Part shown: positions 16,019 to 26,400 of the stretch, in pieces
How positions within the stretch are numbered: position 1 is the stretch's first letter
Layout: each line of letters starts with the position of its first letter
NCBI RefSeq assembly: GCF_000175255.2
Contig: NC_017262.1
Span: forward strand, 1,170,001-1,202,000
From: Zymomonas mobilis subsp. mobilis ATCC 10988
GTDB lineage: Bacteria; Pseudomonadota; Alphaproteobacteria; Sphingomonadales; Sphingomonadaceae
Length of the DNA: 32,000 nucleotides
Direction: 5' to 3'
Program-made: the position numbers and the translations under genes
The notes under the pieces: model-generated
Database searches by the model: none
Told to the model about the DNA's origin: nothing
The model's input: only the letters and a program-made list of their open reading frames with translations

Positions 16019-18085
16019 TTAATCCGCCAGATGGCTGATAACAAAACTATAGGCTTCGGCGGTTTCTTCCAAACGGGCATAGCGTCCTGATTTTCCGCCA
16101 TGACCTGCGCCCATGTTGATTTTGCATAATAATTCATTGTTATCGCTTTTGGTGGCTCGTAAGCGCGCTGTCCATTTGGCGGGTTCCCAATAGGTAACGC
16201 GCGGATCATTCAAGCCGCCGGTAATAAGCATTGGTGGATAGGGTTGTGCCTTTACATTATCATAAGGGCTGTAAGACAAGATAAGATCAAATGCCTTTTC
16301 ATCGGTAATCGGGTTGCCCCATTCCGGCCATTCTCCCGGTGTCAAAGGCAGACTTTCATCCAGCATTGTATTCAGAACATCGACAAAAGGCACTTCGGCG
16401 ACAACAGCACCCCATAAATTTGGGTCAGTATTGCTGACGACACCCATCAATTCACCACCGGCAGACCCTCCGTGAATCGCGATTTTTCCGGATTTGGTGA
16501 AATGATGTTCAATTAGGCCTTTGGCGACATCGCTAAAATCATGGAAGCTGTTCCAGCGTTTCTCCAATTTACCGTCCAAATACCATTGATAACCGAGATC
16601 ATCGCCGCCGCGAATATGGGCAATGGCATAGGCAAAACCCCGATCCAGCAAGCTAAGGCGACTGGTCGAGAAATAGGGCGCGATGCTGATGCCATAAGCC
16701 CCATAACCATAAAGCAGTAATTTACCTTCGCCGTCTTTTTCAAAGTCTTTCCGATAGACCACCGTGACCGGCACAGAAACACCATCCCGTGCCTTTATCA
16801 TCAGCCGTTCACTGCTATAGGCTTCGGGATCATAGCCCGAAGGGACTTCCTGCCTTTTTAAGAAGCGAAGCGTCTTTGAATCAGGATCATAATCATAAAT
16901 GGTAGGTGGTGTGACCATCGATTCATAACGCAGACGGTAATAGACCGGATCATAGGCAGGGTTATGGTCAAAGCTAACGCTGTAGCTGGCTTCAGGAAAT
17001 TCGATATATTCCAATTGGCCATCTGGATGACGAAGGATGATTTGATCCAAGCCTTCTTTCCGAGCGGATAAAAGCAGATGATCAGAAAAGGCATGCAAGC
17101 CCGTCAAATATAAGAGGTCGGAGCCCGCGATTTCAGTCTGCCAATCCGAAGCTGTATCAAAGCTGGCACTAGCCAATCTGAAATTGACATGATTGTCATT
17201 GGTTAGAATCCAGAGTTTACCTTGCCCGCTATCAACCGAATAAAGTCGTCCTGTTTTTCGTGGGCTGATAAGGTCAGGTGGGCTGTCGATATCATCTGTC
17301 GGGATAAGGTAAATCTCACTGGTCTGGTGATTACCGGATTCAAGGAAAATCCACTGTCTATCCTGACTGCGGGATAGAGAAACCCGAAAGCCATCATCCT
17401 GTTCGCGGTAGATTTCGCGATCTTGGCTACTGTCTTCCCCGATGATGTGACGCATTGCCCGATAATTACGCCAATTATCATTAACCTCGGTATAAAGCAC
17501 GGCACGGGAATCGGCTGACCAGACAACCGCACCATTGACGACTGAACTGACGGTTTCAATATCCTTGCCGCTTTCAAGGTCGCGGATTTGTAAGGTAAAG
17601 CGTTCGGCACCGTTATTGTCACATGTCCAAGCCGCAAGACGTCCGTCAGGGCTGATACTCAAAGCACCCAGACGGAAATAATCATAGCTCTCAGCCTCGG
17701 CGGCTTCATCAATCAGAATTTGTTTTTTATCTTCTGTGTCAGCCATCAAACGGCGATACCATGCTCGATATTGACTTCCCGATTGGAAAGACCACCAATA
17801 AAGATAGTCTCCATCCTGCCATGGAACGGCCTGTTCATCCTCTTGTAATCGGGCTTTCATCTCCGAAAATAATTGGCCAGTCAAAGCAGCCCGAGGCTTC
17901 ATCGCCTGTTCGAAAAAAGCGTTTTCCTGTTTGAGGTAATCGAGAATGTCCGGATCATCGACCGTAGGGTAATGCGGGTCTTTCAGCCAGGCATATTCAT
18001 CCTGAAGCGTTTTACCGTGGAGTGTAAAACTATGGGCTCTTTTTTGGGCAACCGGAGGGCTAGGCAAAGCGGATGATTGCGACAC
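16019..18085 (-). CDS. ptrB: S9 family prolyl oligopeptidase, oligopeptidase B-like
   Basis: 688 aa with EYAWLKDPHYP, LLYGYGAYG, IAHIRGGDDLGYQWYLDGK, serine nucleophile IHGGSAGGELMG and C-terminal MGAGHGGKSGRY. Confidence 0.93.
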   Translation of the reverse strand: MSQSSALPSPPVAQKRAHSFTLHGKTLQDEYAWLKDPHYPTVDDPDILDYLKQENAFFEQAMKPRAALTGQLFSEMKARLQEDEQAVPWQDGDYLYWWSFQSGSQYRAWYRRLMADTEDKKQILIDEAAEAESYDYFRLGALSISPDGRLAAWTCDNNGAERFTLQIRDLESGKDIETVSSVVNGAVVWSADSRAVLYTEVNDNWRNYRAMRHIIGEDSSQDREIYREQDDGFRVSLSRSQDRQWIFLESGNHQTSEIYLIPTDDIDSPPDLISPRKTGRLYSVDSGQGKLWILTNDNHVNFRLASASFDTASDWQTEIAGSDLLYLTGLHAFSDHLLLSARKEGLDQIILRHPDGQLEYIEFPEASYSVSFDHNPAYDPVYYRLRYESMVTPPTIYDYDPDSKTLRFLKRQEVPSGYDPEAYSSERLMIKARDGVSVPVTVVYRKDFEKDGEGKLLLYGYGAYGISIAPYFSTSRLSLLDRGFAYAIAHIRGGDDLGYQWYLDGKLEKRWNSFHDFSDVAKGLIEHHFTKSGKIAIHGGSAGGELMGVVSNTDPNLWGAVVAEVPFVDVLNTMLDESLPLTPGEWPEWGNPITDEKAFDLILSYSPYDNVKAQPYPPMLITGGLNDPRVTYWEPAKWTARLRATKSDNNELLCKINMGAGHGGKSGRYARLEETAEAYSFVISHLAD

Positions 18086-18109
18086 AGAAAATCACCTTTA
18101 TTTATAATT

Positions 18110-18157
18110 TCTGACATTGTCAGATATATTATGACGATATGATCTGACAGTATCAGA
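18110..18157. promoter_or_regulatory. Two related palindromic sites in the ptrB/pepP divergent promoter region
   Basis: TCTGACATTGTCAGA (18110-18124) and TCTGACAGTATCAGA (18143-18157), 33 bp centre to centre. Confidence 0.4.
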
Positions 18158-18209
18158 AAGTAATGTTATTATAGCTGCGTTTTATAAGAAGATAGGTCGA
18201 AGGAAGAAC

Positions 18210-20009
18210 ATGTCCAGTCACAGACAACGTTTAGGGGCGTTAAGAACAGAGTTAGCCCGCGAAAATCTGAATGGTTTTTTTGTCCCTTTGACCGATGAGC
18301 ATATGAGCGAATATATCGGTGCCTATGCCTGTCGACTGGAATGGTTAACCGGATTTGGTGGTTCTGCTGGTTCTGCGGTCGTCTTAGAAGGACAGGCGGC
18401 TATTTTTGTTGATGGCCGTTATACTATTCAGGTCACAGAACAGGTCGATCCTGAATTATGGTCATATAAATCTTTACCCGCTGATGACCCTGTTGCATGG
18501 GCGATTGCTCATTTGAAGGCGGGGGACAGAATTGGATATGATCCTTGGTTAGCTAGCCTAGGATGGGAAAAACAAGCTCGCCGCCGTCTGGACGCTCAAA
18601 AAATTGAATTGGTGGCGCTACCGACAAATCCGATAGATGCTATCTGGTCTGACCGGCCTTTACCGTCTCAAGCACCGGCCTTTATTCAACCTGAAAATTT
18701 GGCGGGTAAAACTTCCGAGCAGAAACGGCATGAAGTCGCGGAATGGTTGAATGCAAAACAGGCAGATACGCTGGTTTTAACAGCACTCGATTCAATCGCG
18801 TGGCTGTTTAATATGCGCGGCAGTGATGTCAGCTGCACGCCAGTAGCTCTAGCTTTTGCCCTGACCCATAAAGATGGCTCGGCTGATTTATTTATTGATC
18901 CGGCAAAAACGGATGATGCTTTGAAAGAAGCTATGGGGAATGCGGTTCATTTCCACGATCAAGCGGATTTTCCTGATGCTTTAAAAGCATTATCTGGGAA
19001 ATCGGTTATTGTTGATCCTGAAAGAACGGTAGCCGCTATTACCGCTTTGTTGCAGGACGGCGGCGCGCGCCTTTCCTATGACCGTGATCCAGTTGTTTTG
19101 ATGAAGGCGATTAAAAACCGCGCCGAGATTGAAGGCCATCGCCAAGCCCAACTTTGGGATGCGGTCGCTCTTGCAAAATTTTTCTATTGGTTATCCCAAA
19201 CGGCACCAAAAAGGCAGCTGACCGAATTATCAGCAGCTGAAAAACTACTGTCCTTCCGTCAGGAAAGCGGTCATCTGGTCGACCTGTCTTTTGAAACGAT
19301 TTCTGCCGCGGCGGCGCATAGTGCTATTCCTCATTATCGGGTGACAGAAGCCAGCAATCTGCCTTTGAAAAAAGATGAAATTTATCTGGTGGATTCCGGC
19401 GGGCAATATCCGAATGGCACGACTGATGTGACCCGCACGGTAATCATCGGCACCCCTACCGAAGAAATGAAACAGCGTTTTACGCTGGTATTAAAAGGGC
19501 ATATCGCTTTGGCAACAGCCGTCTTTCCGGCCGGCACATCGGGGGGGCAATTAGACAGTTTTGCGCGCCAATATCTCTGGCGGGCAGGCGTTGATTATGC
19601 TCATGGGACGGGACATGGCGTAGGTGCCTTTTTATCCGTGCATGAAGGCCCGCAACGTATTTCGCCATCTGGTGGCGCTTTTTCTGGCGGGAACGAGGTT
19701 CTGCGGGCGGGTATGATCCTGTCTAATGAGCCGGGTTATTATAAATCAGGCGCCTTCGGTATTCGTATCGAGAATTTGTTGCTGGTTAAGCCCGTTGAGG
19801 TCGCAGAGGCAGAAAAACCTTGCCTTGCCTTCGAGACATTAAACTTCACGCCAATAGACAGAAATCTGATTAATTCCTCTCTTTTGAGCGAATCAGAAAT
19901 AAGCTGGCTGAACCAATATCATCAGGAAGTTTGTCAAAAACTGTTACCTTTCCTGTCCATGCAGGAAGCCGAATGGCTGAAAGCCGCGACCGCGCCTTTG
20001 AGGGGATAG
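18210..20009 (+). CDS. pepP: Xaa-Pro aminopeptidase (M24B family, aminopeptidase P)
   Basis: 599 aa with creatinase-like N-terminal domain and metal-binding motifs YLVDSGGQYPNGTTDVTRT, GTGHGVG, HEGPQRI and LSNEPGYY. Confidence 0.9.
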   Translation: MSSHRQRLGALRTELARENLNGFFVPLTDEHMSEYIGAYACRLEWLTGFGGSAGSAVVLEGQAAIFVDGRYTIQVTEQVDPELWSYKSLPADDPVAWAIAHLKAGDRIGYDPWLASLGWEKQARRRLDAQKIELVALPTNPIDAIWSDRPLPSQAPAFIQPENLAGKTSEQKRHEVAEWLNAKQADTLVLTALDSIAWLFNMRGSDVSCTPVALAFALTHKDGSADLFIDPAKTDDALKEAMGNAVHFHDQADFPDALKALSGKSVIVDPERTVAAITALLQDGGARLSYDRDPVVLMKAIKNRAEIEGHRQAQLWDAVALAKFFYWLSQTAPKRQLTELSAAEKLLSFRQESGHLVDLSFETISAAAAHSAIPHYRVTEASNLPLKKDEIYLVDSGGQYPNGTTDVTRTVIIGTPTEEMKQRFTLVLKGHIALATAVFPAGTSGGQLDSFARQYLWRAGVDYAHGTGHGVGAFLSVHEGPQRISPSGGAFSGGNEVLRAGMILSNEPGYYKSGAFGIRIENLLLVKPVEVAEAEKPCLAFETLNFTPIDRNLINSSLLSESEISWLNQYHQEVCQKLLPFLSMQEAEWLKAATAPLRG

Positions 20010-20118
20010 TGATTATATGAAAAATATTAGAGGACGCAATCTTTTTAATAAAAAATAGGTTATATTTTATATAATCCTTGCGAGAAGTTTGGCGTAACTG
20101 TAACAACAATACGTTTGA

Positions 20119-20481
<363 letters not shown>

Positions 20482-20574
20482 GCTGCACTGGTTAATTGTA
20501 AAGAACAGGCTTTTAAGCTACGCACATCTGTTTTTCGTCTCTCCCCTGTCAGGACATTAAAGGGTAATCATATT

Positions 20575-21987
20575 ATGGCCAATTCGGCATCTGATCTGCT
20601 TAAGCTTATCAAGGAAAAAGAAATCGACTGGGTCGATCTGCGTTTCACCGACCCCAAAGGCAAATGGCAACATCTGACCATGGCAAGCACGGTTGTCGGT
20701 GAAGACGATCTGAATGACGGTTTTATGTTTGACGGTTCTTCCATTGAAGGATGGAAAACGATCAACGAAAGCGACATGATCCTGAAACCTGATCTGGACG
20801 CTTTTTACATTGATCCTTTCTCGGCATCCCCAATGCTGATTTTGATCTGCGATATTGTTGAACCTGCAACGGGCGAATTTTACAGCCGCGACCCGCGTTC
20901 GACCGCTAAGCGGGCAGAAGCCTATGTTAAAACTTTGGGTCTGGGTGATACTGTTTACATTGGCCCTGAAGCTGAATTTTTCCTGTTTGATGATGTCCGT
21001 TTTGACAGTGGCTATAACGGCAGCTTCTATCGGGTTGATGATATCGAATTGCCGACCAACAGCGGTCGCGAATATGACAATGGGAACCTTGCTCATCGTC
21101 CGGGCGTCAAAGGCGGTTACTTCCCAGTTGCTCCGGTTGATTCCGCTGTTGATATCCGTAGCGAAATGGTCTCAACGATGTTGGAAATGGGTCTCCCCAT
21201 GGACAAACATCACCATGAAGTGGCACCTGCCCAGCATGAATTAGGTTTAACCTTTGGCACGCTCACGCAGACGGCTGATCGTATGCAGGTCTATAAATAT
21301 GTCGTGCATCAGATTGCACAGGCCTATGGCAAGACCGCAACCTTTATGCCCAAGCCGATTTCCGGTGATAACGGTTCTGGCATGCATACCCATATTTCTA
21401 TCTGGGATGGTGGTAAGCCGACTTTTGCCGGTTCTGAATATGCTGGCTTGTCCGAAAATGCCCTGTATTTTATCGGTGGTATTATCCGCCACGCCAAAGC
21501 TATCAATGGTTTGACCAATCCGTCAACCAACAGCTACAAACGTCTGGTTCCGGGTTTTGAAGCGCCTGTTCTTTTGGCCTATTCTGCCCGTAACCGCTCT
21601 GCTTCCTGCCGTATTCCTTATGGTACCGGTGAAAAATCTCGCCGCGTTGAAATCCGCTTCCCGGATGCAACCGCCAACCCGTATCTCTGCTATACGGCTC
21701 TGTTGATGGCTGGTATCGACGGTATTCAGAACAAGATTCATCCGGGTGAAGCCATGGATTGCAATCTTTATGATCTGCCGCCGGAAGAATTGGCCAAGGT
21801 TCCGACCGTAGCCGGTTCTTTGCGTGAAGCTTTGGATGCTTTGTCTGAAGATTTCGACTTCCTGACCAAAGGTGACGTTTTCACCGAAGATCAGATCAAA
21901 TCCTATATCGAAATCAAACGGGCTGAAGTTCTTCGTTGGGAAATGGCTCCCAGCCCAGTTGAATTTGAAATGTATTATTCTCTCTAA
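20575..21987 (+). CDS. glnA: Glutamine synthetase type I
   Basis: 470 aa with [19 protein letters not shown], adenylylation-site region NLYDLPPEE and [27 protein letters not shown]. Confidence 0.98.
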   Translation: MANSASDLLKLIKEKEIDWVDLRFTDPKGKWQHLTMASTVVGEDDLNDGFMFDGSSIEGWKTINESDMILKPDLDAFYIDPFSASPMLILICDIVEPATGEFYSRDPRSTAKRAEAYVKTLGLGDTVYIGPEAEFFLFDDVRFDSGYNGSFYRVDDIELPTNSGREYDNGNLAHRPGVKGGYFPVAPVDSAVDIRSEMVSTMLEMGLPMDKHHHEVAPAQHELGLTFGTLTQTADRMQVYKYVVHQIAQAYGKTATFMPKPISGDNGSGMHTHISIWDGGKPTFAGSEYAGLSENALYFIGGIIRHAKAINGLTNPSTNSYKRLVPGFEAPVLLAYSARNRSASCRIPYGTGEKSRRVEIRFPDATANPYLCYTALLMAGIDGIQNKIHPGEAMDCNLYDLPPEELAKVPTVAGSLREALDALSEDFDFLTKGDVFTEDQIKSYIEIKRAEVLRWEMAPSPVEFEMYYSL

Positions 21988-22000
21988 TTCTAATTTGAAT

Positions 22001-22031
22001 CTATTCTGTCCTTGACAGGATAGGGTTTTTT
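22001..22031 (+). terminator. First intrinsic terminator after glnA
   Basis: CTATTCTGTC-CTT-GACAGGATAG followed by GGTTTTTT, starting 13 nt after the stop codon. Confidence 0.8.
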
Positions 22032-22037
22032 AGAAAA

Positions 22038-22075
22038 GGGGATGTCCGGAACTTTTCGGGCATCCCCTATTTTTA
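22038..22075 (+). terminator. Second intrinsic terminator after glnA
   Basis: GGGGATGTCCG-GAACTTTT-CGGGCATCCCC followed by TATTTTTATT. Confidence 0.85.
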
Positions 22076-22182
22076 TTACTGTCTGTTGTTTTATTATATT
22101 GCGGCATATTTTCTTTCCGATTGTCGGGGGACAATTAAAGAACGGCCGCTCTTCAATTCTATAATTTAAAGAGAGGTCTCTT

Positions 22183-23433
22183 ATGGCTGTAACATCCCGC
22201 CATGAACGTCCCGCGGAAAGAGGATGCCAGCCTTTATCTTTTCCGGCTTTCGTTTTGTTCATTGCCGGAATGATGGCTATTCCGTCTTTGGCTTTTGATT
22301 CTATGTTACCGGCTTTGCCGGAAATGGGAAAAAGCTTTTCGGTTACAAATCCAAATGACCAACAATGGATTATTGTTGTTTATTTTCTGGGTATTGGTTT
22401 CGCCCAAATCTTCTATGGTCCTTTATCTGACCGCTTTGGTCGTAAGCCGGTTTTGATAACAGGTTATATCCTGTTTATCTTGACTAGTTTGATGGTCGGG
22501 CTGTCCCAAAGCTATCCATTATTGCTGGCTGCCCGTTTGATCCAAGGTGTCGCAGCGGCCTCGTCCCGTGTTTTGGCAACCTCTATTGTTCGTGACTGTT
22601 TTTCCGGTCGGCGCATGTCAAAAGTCATGTCCTTTGCGGTCATTATTTTTATGGGCGTGCCTATTTTTGCACCTTCATTGGGATCAGTCGTCTTATTATA
22701 TGCATCTTGGCGGGCGATTTTCTTCTCTTTGACCTTATTTACCCTGTTCTTCATTGCCATGATTATCTGGCGTTTGCCGGAAACCTTGCATCCTGAAGAT
22801 CGGCGTGATCTTGACTGGAAAGATACCATCAGAGCCGCAGGGCTTTTCTTTAAGAGCAGAGATACGGTTGCCTATACTTTGGCTTTGATGATGATCGAAG
22901 GTGGTTTGTTGGGTTATCTTAACTCTGTTGTGGAGATTTTTACCGATAATTTTCACGCTTCACCGAAAGTCTTTAACCTTGCCTTTGCCGCAGGCGGGGG
23001 CTTCATGATTCTGGCCTGTCTTACTAACTCTTTTCTGGTCGAAAAAGTGGGTATGCATCGGTTAGGACATGGGTCATTATTCATGATGATTGCAATGTCT
23101 ATCGCTCATGCTTTCTTGGGCTATTGCGGTCTCGAAACGGCTTATACTTTTGTCATCATGCAGGGTATGACCATGTTTTTCTTTTCTCTCTGCATTGCCA
23201 ATTTCTCGGCCATTTCTATGGAACCCATGGGGCATATCGCGGGTATGGCATCATCAATCCAAGGATTCATCTGGCTCGTCGGCGGTGATTTCTTTGGGGC
23301 GATATTGGGACAGATGTTTAATAATACCATTTTCCCGATGACCATCGGAAACGCTCTTTATGGTCTCTTTGCCCTTGCTATTATTTTATGGGCTGAAAAA
23401 GGCCGCCTTTTTGTCCCCAAAGAAAATCAGTAA
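22183..23433 (+). CDS. MFS drug-resistance transporter, Bcr/CflA family
   Basis: 416 aa, about 12 hydrophobic segments, with DSMLPALPEMGKSF, GPLSDRFGRKPVL and ARLIQGVAAASSRVLATSIVRD motifs. Confidence 0.9.
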   Translation: MAVTSRHERPAERGCQPLSFPAFVLFIAGMMAIPSLAFDSMLPALPEMGKSFSVTNPNDQQWIIVVYFLGIGFAQIFYGPLSDRFGRKPVLITGYILFILTSLMVGLSQSYPLLLAARLIQGVAAASSRVLATSIVRDCFSGRRMSKVMSFAVIIFMGVPIFAPSLGSVVLLYASWRAIFFSLTLFTLFFIAMIIWRLPETLHPEDRRDLDWKDTIRAAGLFFKSRDTVAYTLALMMIEGGLLGYLNSVVEIFTDNFHASPKVFNLAFAAGGGFMILACLTNSFLVEKVGMHRLGHGSLFMMIAMSIAHAFLGYCGLETAYTFVIMQGMTMFFFSLCIANFSAISMEPMGHIAGMASSIQGFIWLVGGDFFGAILGQMFNNTIFPMTIGNALYGLFALAIILWAEKGRLFVPKENQ

Positions 23434-26400
23434 TCTTTCGATATTCTGATATTACCGCTTGATCGTCCTACGGTCGAAACCGATGACAAAAGCGAAAGCC
23501 AGCGATTGATCTGGAACTGAACACTGGTCAGGGAATATCCCTGACCATCGGTTTCGACTTCGACATAGGTATGCCGTCCGATATATTTACCGGCTGCGAC
23601 GGCAGTTTTCTGGCTATTCTGGCTAGATGATGTAATCCTAAGCCGGTCAAGTCTGGCTAACTTTCTGACATTATTGATCGGGTCAACATTCGCACCCCCA
23701 TGTCGTAGCTGATTAAGCGCGCTGGCAAGCTGTAACGCTTCTGGAGCAGACAGATTGGTAATCGAACTACCAAACAAAAGTTGTGCCAGTAATTCATCTT
23801 CCGGCATAGCGGGATTGCTGGTAAAATTGATTTCCGGTTTTAAAGCCGTGCCAGTAACGTGAATAGTCGCATCTGTTGAATTAAGCGTTGCACGCGCCGT
23901 CAGATCAAGCGCTGGTTCGACGGGTACTTCGCCTTGGAAGCGAATATTCCCGCGATCAAGCGTAAAACGTCGCCCTGCAAAATCATAATTACCCCGAATA
24001 AGATCAGTTCTTCCCAAAATAGAGGGATTGTCGATATTCCCACTAATATTAAGCTCGGCGCGCCATTCGCTATCCAATCCCATACCAGTCACATTGAGAC
24101 GGTTATGCGCATGGGTCTTTAAATCCAATGTCCATGCTTTTGGAGGCGTTTGCGTTACCGGATTTTCTTCGATGCGATTGATCTCTTTAATCGGTAAATG
24201 AGGAATCGACGCATTTGATGACTTGCCTAGCTGATAATTGGCGCGCTTGATCTGTATGTCCCCGCTGATACGTCCTCCATCGCCTTGGGAATCCAGCGAC
24301 AAATCGCCGGACACCGTCGCTTTGAAATCATCGCGGTTAATCAGAACGGCATCATCTGCTTTTAAGCGGATAGCCAGACCAACACCTTGAGGCGCTGCGA
24401 AATTAATCGTCGCCTTGCCATTGATCCGCCCTTTGTTTGAAGTATCTCCGCTAAATTGATCTATAATAAGGCTGGTATCTGCAAAGTTACCTTGCATTTG
24501 CACTTGATCGATAGTCAGGCCTGTTGTTGCACCTTCTAATCGACCTTGATTCATTGCCAATTTGCCGGTCAAAAAAGGATGATCAATCGTGCCACCAACA
24601 TCGGTGAAAAACGCAAGTCCACCGGAAAGATCAATATTGTCGATACCCAATAATCGCCACAGGGTTTCGCTGGCACCTTTAAAACGGATTTGTGCTCTCA
24701 TAGGCAGATGGCGAAATTCTGTCAGATTAAAAGACGTATTTGGGCTGTTCCGCCATTCGGCCTGTGCCCGTCCAACAATCTGATTATTATCTTGAACGAC
24801 CGCTCTTAAAGCCAGCTTTTCAGGATTGAGAATAGCCGCCACACCCGCGTCAATCGGACGTGATGATAGAAAAATACCGGAACGAGACAATCCCCGCAGA
24901 GTAAGATTCATCATACCTCTTGGGATATTAGTCTGATCTTGCTGCCATGTAATTTGGCCATGGGCATAGCCACCAAGGCCTAATCCCGGATGAAAAATAT
25001 CTAGTAAAGATAAAGGAATTTTTTCGAGGGCGATGCTGCCTTCATTTTTGCTTTTACCAAGATAACCTTTTAATTTGGCGCTGCCGCCACCTGTAATTTC
25101 AATCCGGCTTTCTTCAAGACGAATACCGCCATCTTTATCTTTTGTAAGCTGCGCTGCTTTATCAAGGCGAAGCCCGATATGGGCAATGCTACCATGACCT
25201 TCGATAGAATAATGATCGCGAGATAGATGGATTAGGCTGTCTATATCAAAAGGTTGACCGCGATTTCCAGATGCGACCAGATGAAAAATACCCTCATCAC
25301 GATCGAAATGAAAATTCCCCTTTAACTGACCAATATCAAATAATTTTCCTTTGATTTCTTGCCCTGACAGCAGGCCATCCACAATAGACGTATTTTGGCC
25401 TAGCTGGATATGAGCATTGATATCACCATGACGAATAACCGATTCAAAAACACCGCCTAAATGACCGTTGTTGGTCGTCAGGGCGACATTTATCTGCTGT
25501 TCGTTATCAGATGTAGGATTGAGTGGGACTTGAAAATTAATTCGACCAGTCAACGCGCCACTGGATTGTAGCTGACCATTAACGCCCCGTCCAACAGCCG
25601 TCAGATCGCCAGAAAAATGAGATGCCGAAATATCAAGATTTTGAACATGGATGACGGTTGGCTGGCGGGGGATGACATCAATTCGTCCCAATCCCTTAAA
25701 ATTGCCGAGAGGCGATCCACCATGGCTATTCCAATCATACCCTTTTTGTGTTGGTTCAAGGATCAGATTGACGTCTTTTAAACCAAGGCTGTCAACCGGA
25801 TGGTCAAGTTGAATATCAAGATGAGGATGGGCAATATCACCATCAAGTTTCAGCCTTAAACTGCCATAGCTACGTTGATTGCCGCTGCCGATAAGATGCA
25901 ACGGATTGCCATTGCCATTATCGCGTTGCCCCTTCGCATTGAGCTGGAGGGCAGGGGATTGCAGGATAACTTTTTGAAGGTCGGTCGTCCCGTTAATTTG
26001 CCGTGTAAAATCAACGTTAAGCGTCGGTGCGCCTTCCATCAGACCTTTTAGAAAAGCATTCTCAAAATTTTCTGTCCATGTCTTTAAATGCCCCGTGGCC
26101 TTTACCCCATCTACACCCGCATGATGCTCGACATAAATTTCACCTTCGGCATCCAAAAGGGCAAATTCAGGTATAGGATAACGTGTCAGACGGGGTTTGA
26201 TATCGGCCTGATAACTTCCGTCTTTTAAATCTATATCAAGCAGACCTTCACCACTCAAAAAATGAGATGCCAAAGAGGTCTTTTCTCCAATGAGATGGTT
26301 ATGGGTTATATGAAAGATGCCGCTGATAACTAAATCGCGCGTTAAATCTTCTGTGGTATGATCTGTGCCAGAAATATGCTTGATTGTAAGCTTTAAGGGC

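Noticed and set aside
17203-17637. 144 aa minus-strand ORF in the oligopeptidase gene
   Set aside because: Alternative frame inside the S9 peptidase; low-quality composition and no motifs.
20557-21096. 179 aa minus-strand ORF inside glnA
   Set aside because: Fully antisense to glnA with no recognisable motifs or signal; explained by codon bias of the sense gene.
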